The position numbers and the translations under genes are program-made. Positions 21,592-30,584 of a stretch of 32,000 nt of DNA are shown piece after piece. Positions within the stretch are counted from its first letter, which is position 1. Each line of letters begins with the position of its first letter. This DNA is from Acaryochloris marina MBIC11017 (GTDB lineage Bacteria; Cyanobacteriota; Cyanobacteriia; Thermosynechococcales; Thermosynechococcaceae): assembly GCF_000018105.1 (NCBI RefSeq), contig NC_009932.1, positions 1-32,000 on the forward strand, given 5' to 3'. The notes under the pieces were generated by a model, which was given only the letters and a program-made list of their open reading frames with translations, was not told where the DNA came from and did no database searches.

Positions 21592-23472
21592 ATGACCGAG
21601 CCAGCAGTTCACCCAGACTATCGACAGGGAATTGTCCGTATCGTTAGAGTCAGTGATGATGATGATAAGGTTATCGAGAAAGTCATTGGAACGGGCTTTT
21701 ACCTGAGTGGACGATACATCATTACTTGTGCCCATGTGGTTAAAGAGACACTCCACATCGACACCGCGACAGAGTTTACATCCGTGGAGGTTGCCGAGGG
21801 TCGGGATATCTATGTTCAATTCAACTGCATTGAACGAAACGCTGACCCCTTAGCCACACGGGTGGTTCCTTATAGTTGGCGGCTCCATGATGAAGATCTC
21901 GTCTTACTAAAACTCCAAGTGTCTCCACCACCCGGCGTTTCACCCAGTCCAATAACGCCAACTATCACCTCATACTATGACCATCCTTTTAAGGTTTTCG
22001 GCTATCCCAACGAAGATGGCCATTGGGCACAGGGTAAGTTATCTGGGGAAAATGATCGCCAGTGGATTGAAATGTATGGTGAAGATGAGCAATGCATTAG
22101 AATACAGCCCGGTTACAGTGGTTCTCCCGTTTGGGATGTTACGTTAAGTACGATTGTTGGCATGACCGTGGCGACCCTCGTCGAAGAAGATTCAGAACTC
22201 TACGATAATCCTGAGTCGAAAATTGGATATATGATTCCTTACCGACGACTTTTACCCCTCATACAGGAGATTGAGGTTCAGTTACTTCTCGACTTGCTTA
22301 AACCCCATCAGAAAGCGGTTGAGGATCACCTACAGGAGGCTTATGGGATCTACCACCCCATATCTGAAGATCCTCCAAGTGCTCTCGCTGACAAGCTCAG
22401 GGCAGCCATGAAGGCTAAGAAACTCCCCCACTTAATGGCTTGTCTCCTTCTCCCAGAGGCTCAAGCCCCGGAGACATTAAATCAATCTCTACGGCAATGG
22501 TTTTCAGATCGTGGGTATGACATTGAACAATATAAGTTCCAAGCGGATCAAGATTACAAAGCTCACTCTCCAGAGGATCATGAAGATAAGCAGCCTCATT
22601 TACTTTTCTGGGTCCAAGATCAAGGAGCACTCTACAATGTTCAAGCTCTGTTAATCAAAGATGCGGAGTCCTACAATCCACGCAAATCCCTTGGTTGTGA
22701 CCGTTTACTAGCCCCAGGTCAATTTGATGAGGCTCTCCCCTATGAAAAATTAGAGGAGCTTCTTATTGCCTGTCTTCAAGAATGTTCTGTTCGAGGGGTG
22801 CCAGCGAACCAAAAGCTGATTGTAGAACTGTTGCTCCCGATTAAACTGCTCAATAAGGCCGTGGAGCATTGGCAGGCTGAGTCAGCAGGAGAAGATGATT
22901 TCCTTTGTTTGCCAGAATCGATCGGTTTTCGGACCCAAGTGGTGATCCGGGCCGCAGATCGCCTTCGGGCATCTCAGGATCGCAAACGCAGAGACTATTG
23001 GTATGCTGAATGGAAAAATTATCAAAAATTAAAAGAGAAACGGGCTGAAAACTGTCTGTCCTCTGGGGATGACTTGCCCCCTCAACAACTGATGGCTAGG
23101 TTGAACACTATTCAACAGGTCGGTTTATATCTCACGGAGCCTCCCACCGAAATGGCTCCAAAGACCTCTTGGACTGGAGTGCTTTTTAGCTCAGTTGCTC
23201 CCATTGCTGCTTTATGGCCTCGGCAAAAACCTAAAAACATTGACTGTTCCCAAGAATGTTGCGAGCTATTAAGTCACCCGCTATGCGAATTGCCATTTCA
23301 AATCCATTGTTGCCGTAGTCAGGCTCACGGGACTGACACTGAGGACCATCTGGGCCACCATTTGTCTTTGATGTGGGAGAATCCCCATATGATCCCTCCC
23401 AAAGTTGCCCAGCGAGATCCTGAACCTGACCCAGCGTTAACTCCAACAATTGACCATCCTTCTGAGGTTTAA
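21592..23472 (+). CDS. Trypsin-like serine protease fused to a large C-terminal VMAP-C-like (vWA-MoxR-associated) domain
   Basis: Catalytic triad contexts are present: GTGFYLSGRYIITCAHVV (His), EDLVLLKL (Asp), QPGYSGSPVWD (Ser). The C-terminal ~350 aa include LIVELLLPIKLLNKAVEHWQAE...FRTQVVIRAADRL, resembling the VMAP-C pattern as I recall it. Confidence 0.85.
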   Translation: MTEPAVHPDYRQGIVRIVRVSDDDDKVIEKVIGTGFYLSGRYIITCAHVVKETLHIDTATEFTSVEVAEGRDIYVQFNCIERNADPLATRVVPYSWRLHDEDLVLLKLQVSPPPGVSPSPITPTITSYYDHPFKVFGYPNEDGHWAQGKLSGENDRQWIEMYGEDEQCIRIQPGYSGSPVWDVTLSTIVGMTVATLVEEDSELYDNPESKIGYMIPYRRLLPLIQEIEVQLLLDLLKPHQKAVEDHLQEAYGIYHPISEDPPSALADKLRAAMKAKKLPHLMACLLLPEAQAPETLNQSLRQWFSDRGYDIEQYKFQADQDYKAHSPEDHEDKQPHLLFWVQDQGALYNVQALLIKDAESYNPRKSLGCDRLLAPGQFDEALPYEKLEELLIACLQECSVRGVPANQKLIVELLLPIKLLNKAVEHWQAESAGEDDFLCLPESIGFRTQVVIRAADRLRASQDRKRRDYWYAEWKNYQKLKEKRAENCLSSGDDLPPQQLMARLNTIQQVGLYLTEPPTEMAPKTSWTGVLFSSVAPIAALWPRQKPKNIDCSQECCELLSHPLCELPFQIHCCRSQAHGTDTEDHLGHHLSLMWENPHMIPPKVAQRDPEPDPALTPTIDHPSEV

Positions 23473-23475
23473 GCG

Positions 23476-24447
23476 ATGAGTGACTGGAAAATCTTCAAAG
23501 GTGATCGTCAAAAGAAGCCAATGGCCATCAATAGCCTACCTGCCCCTCCCCCTTGGCGGAGTTTTACGGGTAAAGAGTCCGTTTCCAGTACCCAAAAAGA
23601 GCGGCGGGGAAAGAATTTCTATCCTCGTGAAGATGAAATCGAGATGGTCAATGCTGCGCTTTACCTTCGTCGTCCACTACTGGTGACGGGTAAACCAGGA
23701 ACGGGAAAAACTTCCCTGGCTTATGCCATTACCTATGAACTAGATCTGGGTGAAGTCCTCACCTGGTCCATTACGACCCGGAGTACCCTTAGCCAAGGAC
23801 TCTACAGTTACGACGCTGTGGGGCGATTGCAGGATGCCAAACTTCAAGGTCAAGATAGCCATAAACGGTTGGGTAAATACCTTAGATTAGGGCCATTGGG
23901 GACGGCCTTACTCCCCACAGATAAGCCTCGCGTATTGTTGATTGATGAAATTGATAAAAGCGATATCGATTTTCCCAATGATCTGCTGCATGTCTTTGAA
24001 GATGGCGAATATGTGATCGAAGAACTGGCTCGGATTGCGGATGAAGCCCCCACCATTGATGTACAAACTGCCTTGCGGGATGAACAGGAAGAGAGTTATC
24101 AAGAAACCGTCTCCATTCACAAAGGGCTGGTGCGATGTACGACGTTCCCGTTGGTGATTATGACCAGTAATGGAGAGCGAGATTTTCCACCTGCTTTTTT
24201 GCGTCGCTGCTTGAGATTGGATATGGGTGAGCCGACCCCAGAGCGATTAAGGGATATTATTGAAGCCCAATTGGGTAAATCACTGGCTGACGAAGCCGGA
24301 AAAATGATTGATGACTTTGATCAAAAACGCAGGAGTGGCGATGGGGATTTGGCAACGGATCAACTCCTCAATGCGGTCTATCTGATTGGTAAAGAGGGGG
24401 CACCCGAAAAGCTGAAAGAACAGTTGCTGCAATATCTCAATCGCTAA
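23476..24447 (+). CDS. MoxR-type AAA+ ATPase (AAA_5-like)
   Basis: Walker A LLVTGKPGTGKTSLAYAI, Walker B RVLLIDEIDKSDIDFPNDLLHVFEDGEY, sensor-1 VIMTSNGER and Arg-finger region PPAFLRRC. It starts 3 nt after the protease gene's stop. Confidence 0.9.
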   Translation: MSDWKIFKGDRQKKPMAINSLPAPPPWRSFTGKESVSSTQKERRGKNFYPREDEIEMVNAALYLRRPLLVTGKPGTGKTSLAYAITYELDLGEVLTWSITTRSTLSQGLYSYDAVGRLQDAKLQGQDSHKRLGKYLRLGPLGTALLPTDKPRVLLIDEIDKSDIDFPNDLLHVFEDGEYVIEELARIADEAPTIDVQTALRDEQEESYQETVSIHKGLVRCTTFPLVIMTSNGERDFPPAFLRRCLRLDMGEPTPERLRDIIEAQLGKSLADEAGKMIDDFDQKRRSGDGDLATDQLLNAVYLIGKEGAPEKLKEQLLQYLNR

Positions 24448-24455
24448 GATTATCC

Positions 24456-27323
24456 ATGAGTTCAGCCCAGCCATCTCCCGATCCTATAAGAGGGTTTGCG
24501 ACTCTCTTAAAGGGGGCTGGTGTTGAGTTGGATGTTACTGACCTTGCGGACACCTTGTGGTTAGCGAGCAAAATTGGCCCATCAGCAAGACAAGGATTGG
24601 TTGAGAGTCCCATTCCTGAAGACCCTCAGCTACCTCTTATTCCTGAAGAGGTTGGATCTAGTGTTCCACCTACTGAGAATTTGCCTGAAGCTGCCCTCCC
24701 TACCCCCCCCGATATCCCTTTAGTCAGTCCCTCTCAAACCGTTGAAACTGAAATGAAACCCGAAGGGTTTCCTCTGCAAGTCCCTGCTGCCCCATCTCTG
24801 AGGGGAAGACTGAATCTCTCCAGAGCGTTACGTCCCCTGAAACGCAAGATCCCGTCTCCTACGCAACGGGTATTTGACGAAGCAGCAACGGTTCATCAGT
24901 ATGCAGAACAGGAAATTTTGTCTCCCGTAATGACTCCAGCCAAAGAGCGGTGGCTAGATTTGACCCTGTTAATTGAAGATCATCCCTCCACGTTCCTTTG
25001 GGAAGACACCCTGCTAGAACTAAAGCAAATCTTGGAGCGCCAGGGAGCCTTTCGCCAGATCCATACATGGCAAATACAACTACAGGTAGGGAGGGTTCGT
25101 TTATCCCCACGGCGGTATGGCCAGACGATTTCAGAACGCCACTATTCCAATCCTCGTATTCTTCAAGATCCGACACAGCGACAAGTGATTTGGATTGTGA
25201 GCGACTGTACGTCTAATCTTTGGGAAACAGCTCAATTTCAGGAATGGCTGGGACTTTGGGGTCGTAGTTCTCCCTTGGCACTGTTTCAACTATTGCCTGA
25301 GCGACTCTGGGACAGCACCCATTTAGGACAGGGGCGACCCATCCAATTAAGCGCTACTTCTGCGGGTGTTGCAAATTCCCGGCTGAAGTGGGAGCGACTG
25401 CTGGCTGATTGGGACAAAGAAGATGAGTTTGGGGATTTAGATCTTGAGCCAACACCTGAGACAGAATCCTCTCAGGCCACAGAAGAACCTAGCTCAGATC
25501 TAGATGTGTATTTGGAAACAGGAACCGCCTCGGATGATGACCCATTAGAGCAGGGAAATGGGCAAAGCAAGATTGCCTTAAACAACATTTATAAGAATCA
25601 GGTTCTATGTTTGCCAGTCATAACCCTAGAACCGGAGCCATTAAATCAATTGTCTCGGGTCATTGCTGGTCAAGTCGGATTTCAAGTGGCAGGCGTCGAA
25701 CTCCATTGGCAAGACATAGCTGAATACAAATCAGTCTTAGAACGGATTTCCAATCATAAGATGTCCCCTGAGGAACGGGTGCGTAAGTTCCATACGAATG
25801 CATCCCCCACGGCCAGTAAGTTGGCGGGGATGATGGCGGCAGTTCCCGTTAGTCTGCCAGTCGTTCAACTGATTCGCCAGACATTGCTGCCCCAGTCTCG
25901 GCAGGTGCATATTGCTGAAATCTATATGAGTGGCTTGCTAGAGCTTCAACAGAAAGCTCCAGGACCTGGCAATCCTCATTCGCCTGAGCAGCCTGAATAT
26001 GATTTTTTACCCGGAATCCGTTCGCTCCTATTGGAGACAGTCTTTAGGGATACGACTGAAGCAGTTCTTGACGCGGTGTCAGCCTATATTTCCAAACGTT
26101 TAGGGCTTTCAACCCGAAGTTTTGAAGCCTTAATTGCCAAGGCTCCTGATTTAGCCCCGGATCAACAAGCGGTTGCGATTCCCTTTGCCAGAGTTGCCAC
26201 CCAGACTTTAAGGCAATTAGGAGGGTATTACCGCGATATAGCTGAGCAGCTTGATCCGAACCCTGAGCCAGTTCAGCCTGAAAACACTAATCCTGAACCT
26301 GAGGAAGCCTTTCCACCCTTACAAATCCTTCATTTTGAGACAGCACAGCTCATAGATGAAATTGAGACAAATTTTCCAGCTCAATTGCAGTCCGAGGAAT
26401 TTGTAGTCAAAACTCTGGCTATACGAACCGGTCCAACGATTCAATCCTTTGAATATCAAACAGCCCAACTCACCTATTCCTCTGGGCAGCTTTTCCCGCC
26501 TCAACTCGCTGGATGGAAAATCCAATCCCAGCAGAGGCGAGGCCAGTTTTACTGTGAAACGCTTAGTGACGATCTGGTATTGAGAATGGTGTCCATTTCT
26601 GGAGGTCAATTTATGATGGGTTCACCAGACGACGAATCACAACGAAGAGACTGGGAAGTCCCCCGGCACCCAATTAAAATCCCAGCCTTTTTTATGGGCC
26701 GATACCCCGTTACTCAAGCTCAATGGAAAATCGTCGCCAGCTACCCAGAAATCAATCTTGGACTGAACCCCAATCCATCCAACTTCAAGGGCGACAATCG
26801 TCCAGTAGAGCAAGTGAATTGGCATGAAGCCGTAGAGTTTTGTGCTCGACTCTCTGCAACGACGAAACGCCCCTATCGTCTTCCGAGTGAAGCAGAGTGG
26901 GAATATGCCTGTCGAGCGGGAACTACAACCCCATTTTATTTCGGCGAAACTCTGACAACAGACATTGCTAATTACAACGGAGGCTATACCTATAATAACG
27001 GGCCAAAAGGGAAGTATCGGAAAGCGACAACCCCTGTAGATCACTTTCAGTATGCCAATGCTTACGGATTAAATGATATGCACGGCAATGTATGGGAATG
27101 GTGCCAAGACACCTGGCATAGGAGTTATAACGGTGCTCCAGAAGATGGGAGTGCATGGATAGGTGAGAATGATAACAATTCTAGTAAAGTCAGGCGCGGC
27201 GGTTCTTGGATCTACAATCCGAGGTACTGTCGCTCCGCGTCTCGCAGCGACGCTTATCCCGGTGACCGCAACTACTTTATCGGTTTTCGGGTAGTGTGTT
27301 CCGCGCCGAGTCCTTTTCCGTAA
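24456..27323 (+). CDS. Large multidomain protein: SAV_2336-like N-terminal domain, Pro-rich linker, possible degenerate vWA-like middle region, acidic linker, C-terminal FGE-sulfatase-fold (FGS) domain
   Basis: N-terminus: FATLLKGAGVELDVTDLADTLWLASKIG (the 'eLaDaLWLA' signature). Middle: RWLDLTLLIEDHPSTFLW...VIWIVSDCTS. C-terminus (about nt 26541-27320): GGQFMMGSPDDE...FFMGRYPVTQAQW...RPVEQVNWHEAVEFCARLS...YRLPSEAEWEYACRAGT...DMHGNVWEWCQD...RGGSW...CRSASR...IGFRVVC. Confidence 0.85.
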   Translation: MSSAQPSPDPIRGFATLLKGAGVELDVTDLADTLWLASKIGPSARQGLVESPIPEDPQLPLIPEEVGSSVPPTENLPEAALPTPPDIPLVSPSQTVETEMKPEGFPLQVPAAPSLRGRLNLSRALRPLKRKIPSPTQRVFDEAATVHQYAEQEILSPVMTPAKERWLDLTLLIEDHPSTFLWEDTLLELKQILERQGAFRQIHTWQIQLQVGRVRLSPRRYGQTISERHYSNPRILQDPTQRQVIWIVSDCTSNLWETAQFQEWLGLWGRSSPLALFQLLPERLWDSTHLGQGRPIQLSATSAGVANSRLKWERLLADWDKEDEFGDLDLEPTPETESSQATEEPSSDLDVYLETGTASDDDPLEQGNGQSKIALNNIYKNQVLCLPVITLEPEPLNQLSRVIAGQVGFQVAGVELHWQDIAEYKSVLERISNHKMSPEERVRKFHTNASPTASKLAGMMAAVPVSLPVVQLIRQTLLPQSRQVHIAEIYMSGLLELQQKAPGPGNPHSPEQPEYDFLPGIRSLLLETVFRDTTEAVLDAVSAYISKRLGLSTRSFEALIAKAPDLAPDQQAVAIPFARVATQTLRQLGGYYRDIAEQLDPNPEPVQPENTNPEPEEAFPPLQILHFETAQLIDEIETNFPAQLQSEEFVVKTLAIRTGPTIQSFEYQTAQLTYSSGQLFPPQLAGWKIQSQQRRGQFYCETLSDDLVLRMVSISGGQFMMGSPDDESQRRDWEVPRHPIKIPAFFMGRYPVTQAQWKIVASYPEINLGLNPNPSNFKGDNRPVEQVNWHEAVEFCARLSATTKRPYRLPSEAEWEYACRAGTTTPFYFGETLTTDIANYNGGYTYNNGPKGKYRKATTPVDHFQYANAYGLNDMHGNVWEWCQDTWHRSYNGAPEDGSAWIGENDNNSSKVRRGGSWIYNPRYCRSASRSDAYPGDRNYFIGFRVVCSAPSPFP

Positions 27324-27363
27324 CCCTTTCTCCCTCTTATCCTCTTACCCTCTACCGCACCCC

Positions 27364-28242
27364 ATGTCACAAGCCACCGCAAAAGAATGGATTATCCAGG
27401 AAGCAACTCATCGAAACTCTTTTTATCTTGAAAACTTGGGGAATGATCAGGCTCTGAAGATGATGGATATTCCCAAAGGGGAGTTTCAAATGGGTTCACC
27501 TGACGGGGAGGTTGATCGGAAAGATGATGAAGGGCCACAGCATTTGGTTAAGATTTCTCGATTCTTTATGTCCAAGACTCCCATTTCTCAAGCTCAATGG
27601 CAAGTGGTCGCTAAGATGCCAACGATCAATATTGAGCTGGAGGAAAGTCCTTCAAACTTCAAAGGGGTGAAGCTGCCCGTTGAGCATGTGAGTTGGCATG
27701 AGGCCGTTGAATTTTGCGATCGAATGACACAACAAACGAAAAGTCAATATCGCCTGCCCACAGAAGCAGAGTGGGAATATGCCTGTCGTGCTGGGACCTC
27801 AACTCCCTTCCACTTTGGCGAAACCATCACAACTGATCTTGCTAATTACCGTGGTACAGATTGGGAAGAATACAAATGGTCGGGTTCTTATGGTGGGGGA
27901 CCTAAAGGGGAGTATCGCCAACAAACAACTCCCGTCGATCAATTTCAAGCACCTAATAGGTACGGCCTTTGTGATATGTATGGCAACGTGAGGGAATGGT
28001 GCCAAGACATCTGGCATAGCAACTATAACAATGCCCCAGAGAATGGAAGTGCATGGATATATAAGAATGATAATGAGTCGTCAAAAGTTCTTCGCGGTGG
28101 CTCTTGGCTCGATCTGCCGGGATATTGTCGCTCTGCATCTCGCTACTATGTTCAGCCCCACTACCGCGACAACAGCATCGGTTTTCGTGTCGTGTGTTCA
28201 TCACCGAGGATTCTTCACACCAAAAAGATGGGCAAAAACTAG
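27364..28242 (+). CDS. Stand-alone FGE-sulfatase-fold (SUMF1/EgtB/PvdO-type, 'FGS') domain protein; the divergent paralog
   Basis: KGEFQMGSPDGE...FFMSKTPISQAQWQVV...LPVEHVSWHEAVEFCDRMT...YRLPTEAEWEYACRAGT...DMYGNVREWCQD...RGGSWLDLPGYCRSASR...IGFRVVC. Confidence 0.9.
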   Translation: MSQATAKEWIIQEATHRNSFYLENLGNDQALKMMDIPKGEFQMGSPDGEVDRKDDEGPQHLVKISRFFMSKTPISQAQWQVVAKMPTINIELEESPSNFKGVKLPVEHVSWHEAVEFCDRMTQQTKSQYRLPTEAEWEYACRAGTSTPFHFGETITTDLANYRGTDWEEYKWSGSYGGGPKGEYRQQTTPVDQFQAPNRYGLCDMYGNVREWCQDIWHSNYNNAPENGSAWIYKNDNESSKVLRGGSWLDLPGYCRSASRYYVQPHYRDNSIGFRVVCSSPRILHTKKMGKN

Positions 28243-28387
28243 CAGCATGGAATCTGTTGGGCGTTCCAGGGAAGAGTCCAGAACTATTCCAGTGATGCTC
28301 TACATCCGAAAATCAAACCAGGGTGTTTATCTTGGTTAGCCTAGACTGAAGAGTTGACTGCCCCATCAGATATTTGAATGATCCGAT

Positions 28388-29206
28388 ATGCCAGAGCTGA
28401 TCCTCCGACCTGAACCCAAAATGGTCCAATACTTTATTGAAGACCTGACGAATGAGAAGGGTTTATCTATGGTGTTGATACCTGTGGGAAAGTTCCTAAT
28501 GGGTTCACCGGAGGATGAACCGGAACGAAGGGAAAGAGAAGGCCCTCAGCACCCAGTAGATGTCTCAACTTTTTTTATGGGTCGCTACCCCGTTACTCAG
28601 GCTCAATGGGAAATCGTTGCCAGTTACCCAGAAATCAATCTTGAACTGAACCCCGATCCATCTAACTTCAAGGGTGACAATCGTCCCGTAGAGCAAGTGA
28701 ACTGGCATGAGGCAGTAGAGTTTTGTGCTCGTCTGTCTGCAAAGACGAATCGCACCTATCGTCTCCCGAGTGAAGCAGAGTGGGAATATGCTTGTCGAGC
28801 GGGAACCACAACTCCCTTTTACTTCGGCAAGACCCTGACAACAGACATCGCTAATTTCGATGGAAACTATATCTACAACGATGGACCTAAAGGGAAATAT
28901 CGGGAAGAGACCACCCCTGTAGATCACTTCAAATATGCCAATGCCTACGGGCTACATGATATGCACAGTAATGTGGCTGAATGGTGCCAAGACACTTGGC
29001 ACGACAACTATACAGGTGCCCCAGAAGATGGGAGTGCATGGATAGATGAAAATGATACTAATCCTAATAAAGTCCTACGGGGCGGTTCTTGGTACCTTGA
29101 TCCGAGACACTGTCGCTCTGCGTCTCGCGGCACCGATGAGTCCGATATCCGCAGTTACGTTTTCGGTTTTCGAATCGTATGTTCAGCGCCGAGCTCTCTT
29201 CCATAA
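28388..29206 (+). CDS. Stand-alone FGS domain protein; a recent paralog of the C-terminal module of the 955-aa protein
   Basis: VGKFLMGSPEDE...FFMGRYPVTQAQWEIVASYPEINLELNPDPSNFKGDNRPVEQVNWHEAVEFCARLSAKT..YRLPSEAEWEYACRAGTTTPFYFG. Nucleotide similarity to 26613-27355 is obvious by eye. Confidence 0.9.
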   Translation: MPELILRPEPKMVQYFIEDLTNEKGLSMVLIPVGKFLMGSPEDEPERREREGPQHPVDVSTFFMGRYPVTQAQWEIVASYPEINLELNPDPSNFKGDNRPVEQVNWHEAVEFCARLSAKTNRTYRLPSEAEWEYACRAGTTTPFYFGKTLTTDIANFDGNYIYNDGPKGKYREETTPVDHFKYANAYGLHDMHSNVAEWCQDTWHDNYTGAPEDGSAWIDENDTNPNKVLRGGSWYLDPRHCRSASRGTDESDIRSYVFGFRIVCSAPSSLP

Positions 29207-29345
29207 TCCTCGCCCTCTTTTATCCTTTTACCCTTGTCTTTAACGCGTCAGGGCAATCGGTTGTCTTGTCTAAATCTGAAAATAAAATATTCGACCCATA
29301 TCTTATGTTCGCTAAATCTTAGACAAAAAAGTACCGCTACCTCAC

Positions 29346-29972
29346 TCAAGGATTGAGATCACGAATCCACAAATCATCTTCGATACAACTCTCTTTAGCC
29401 CATTCCAATAGATGATTCTGAATCTGATGTTGCACCTCCAAAGACTGACTGGCTATGTTGGCTCGTACACTAAAATAGGCAGTGCCTCCCTGAGGACCAT
29501 CGGAATTATGGGTAATGCCTACTAAATAGACAAAATTCCCTGCACTGAACGGAATGTTGGTATTGCGAGGGGTACTGACAATATTCGATATTCTGGCAAT
29601 AAGACCCTCTTGGTCTGGCGTGTTTAAGGCAAGATGCATCATGTAAGCCTGCGGCCAATAGAGACAGGTGTTTTGGGAGCTAGAGACTGGCTGCAGAAAT
29701 TGATTAGCTTGGATGCGACCCTGAATGCAGGTCAAATCCTCTAAGGCTCCTTTGGCAAGAATTTCCATTTCAAATTGGTTTTGTTCTGGCAAAATCAGAT
29801 TAAACTGAATGGCTTCAACATATAGGTGCTGAAGTTCCAATAACCCAGTAACTTTGGCCACTACTCCAGCACGATCTTGCCCTCCCATGCGGAATAATAA
29901 GGAACGATTTTGGCTATCTAAATTTTTGACTGTGACCCAATCTGTGAAGACCTTGTCCATTTTTCTAACCAT
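29346..29972 (-). CDS. ACT-domain (GcvR-like, two ACT-like halves) regulatory protein
   Basis: 208 aa. The segment GGQDRAGVVAKVTGLLELQHLYVEAIQFNL is a typical ACT beta-alpha-beta start. A second half follows (LALNTPDQEGLIARISNIV...). Convergent with the FGS operon. Confidence 0.55.
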   Translation of the reverse strand: MVRKMDKVFTDWVTVKNLDSQNRSLLFRMGGQDRAGVVAKVTGLLELQHLYVEAIQFNLILPEQNQFEMEILAKGALEDLTCIQGRIQANQFLQPVSSSQNTCLYWPQAYMMHLALNTPDQEGLIARISNIVSTPRNTNIPFSAGNFVYLVGITHNSDGPQGGTAYFSVRANIASQSLEVQHQIQNHLLEWAKESCIEDDLWIRDLNP

Positions 29973-30034
29973 TAAGCAGCTTAAGAATCTTGTCTTACCC
30001 CACCTTCACATTGATACCAAAGGTCTCTTACTGA

Positions 30035-30274
30035 TCAACCCCAAGATAAGGCCACTCGCTCGCGATCGAGAAAGTCTCCGACCATCTCCGCGATCCGCTC
30101 CATCGCTTCTGTTGGTCGCTGCTCGATCACTTGCTGAATATCAAACGTAGCCTCAAGTTCCAAACAACATTCCCAGCAATATTTAGAAGTATCAAAAACT
30201 GCTCTTACAAAAGGTTTTCGTGAACCTCTCTCGATGATCCAAAATTGCCCAGCCCCTATCTTTGATACTCTCAA
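30035..30274 (-). CDS. Hypothetical small protein (79 aa, TTG start in the track)
   Basis: ORF only. The sequence has plausible globular composition (GQFWIIERGSRKPFVRAVFDTSKYCWECCLELEATFDIQQVIEQRPTEAMERIAEMVGDFL). Its start overlaps the upstream ORF's stop (TTGA). Confidence 0.3.
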   Translation of the reverse strand: MRVSKIGAGQFWIIERGSRKPFVRAVFDTSKYCWECCLELEATFDIQQVIEQRPTEAMERIAEMVGDFLDRERVALSWG

Positions 30275-30510
30275 GCACTCAAGCTTGGCTCGTTTCCTGG
30301 TCTTTTGAGCAATTCGCTTTTGGTAAGATCAAGTCTTTGGAATCTTCTTTCTAGACTGGCTGATGGTTTCAGAGATCTCTGCTGGTTGGTTCGGGGTTGA
30401 ATCGTGGGCAGGGGCACCGATTTGTAATGCTTTGATGGGATCTGGATGATCGGGCTTGAAGTTTTTTGGAGGACTAGCTTGGGTTTGAGAAGCGTTGTTG
30501 AAGAATTCAA
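30271..30510 (-). CDS. Doubtful hypothetical ORF (79 aa, low complexity)
   Basis: ORF only. Ser/Pro/Lys/Thr-rich low-complexity translation, competing with plus-strand ORF 30446-30649. Confidence 0.15.
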   Translation of the reverse strand: MNSSTTLLKPKLVLQKTSSPIIQIPSKHYKSVPLPTIQPRTNQQRSLKPSASLERRFQRLDLTKSELLKRPGNEPSLSA

Positions 30511-30584
30511 GGCTGATATCCTCCGCTCATTTCACGGCCAGTTTAACGGGACAACCGCCGAAGCTAAAGGTAACGTTTCAAAAC

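Noticed and set aside
26541-29206. Annotating the three FGE-fold modules as genuine formylglycine-generating enzymes (sulfatase maturases)
   Set aside because: The C-x4-C catalytic pair is absent in all three, since only one Cys is present. No sulfatase gene is nearby, and the operon context is protease plus MoxR. They were called non-catalytic FGS-type modules instead.
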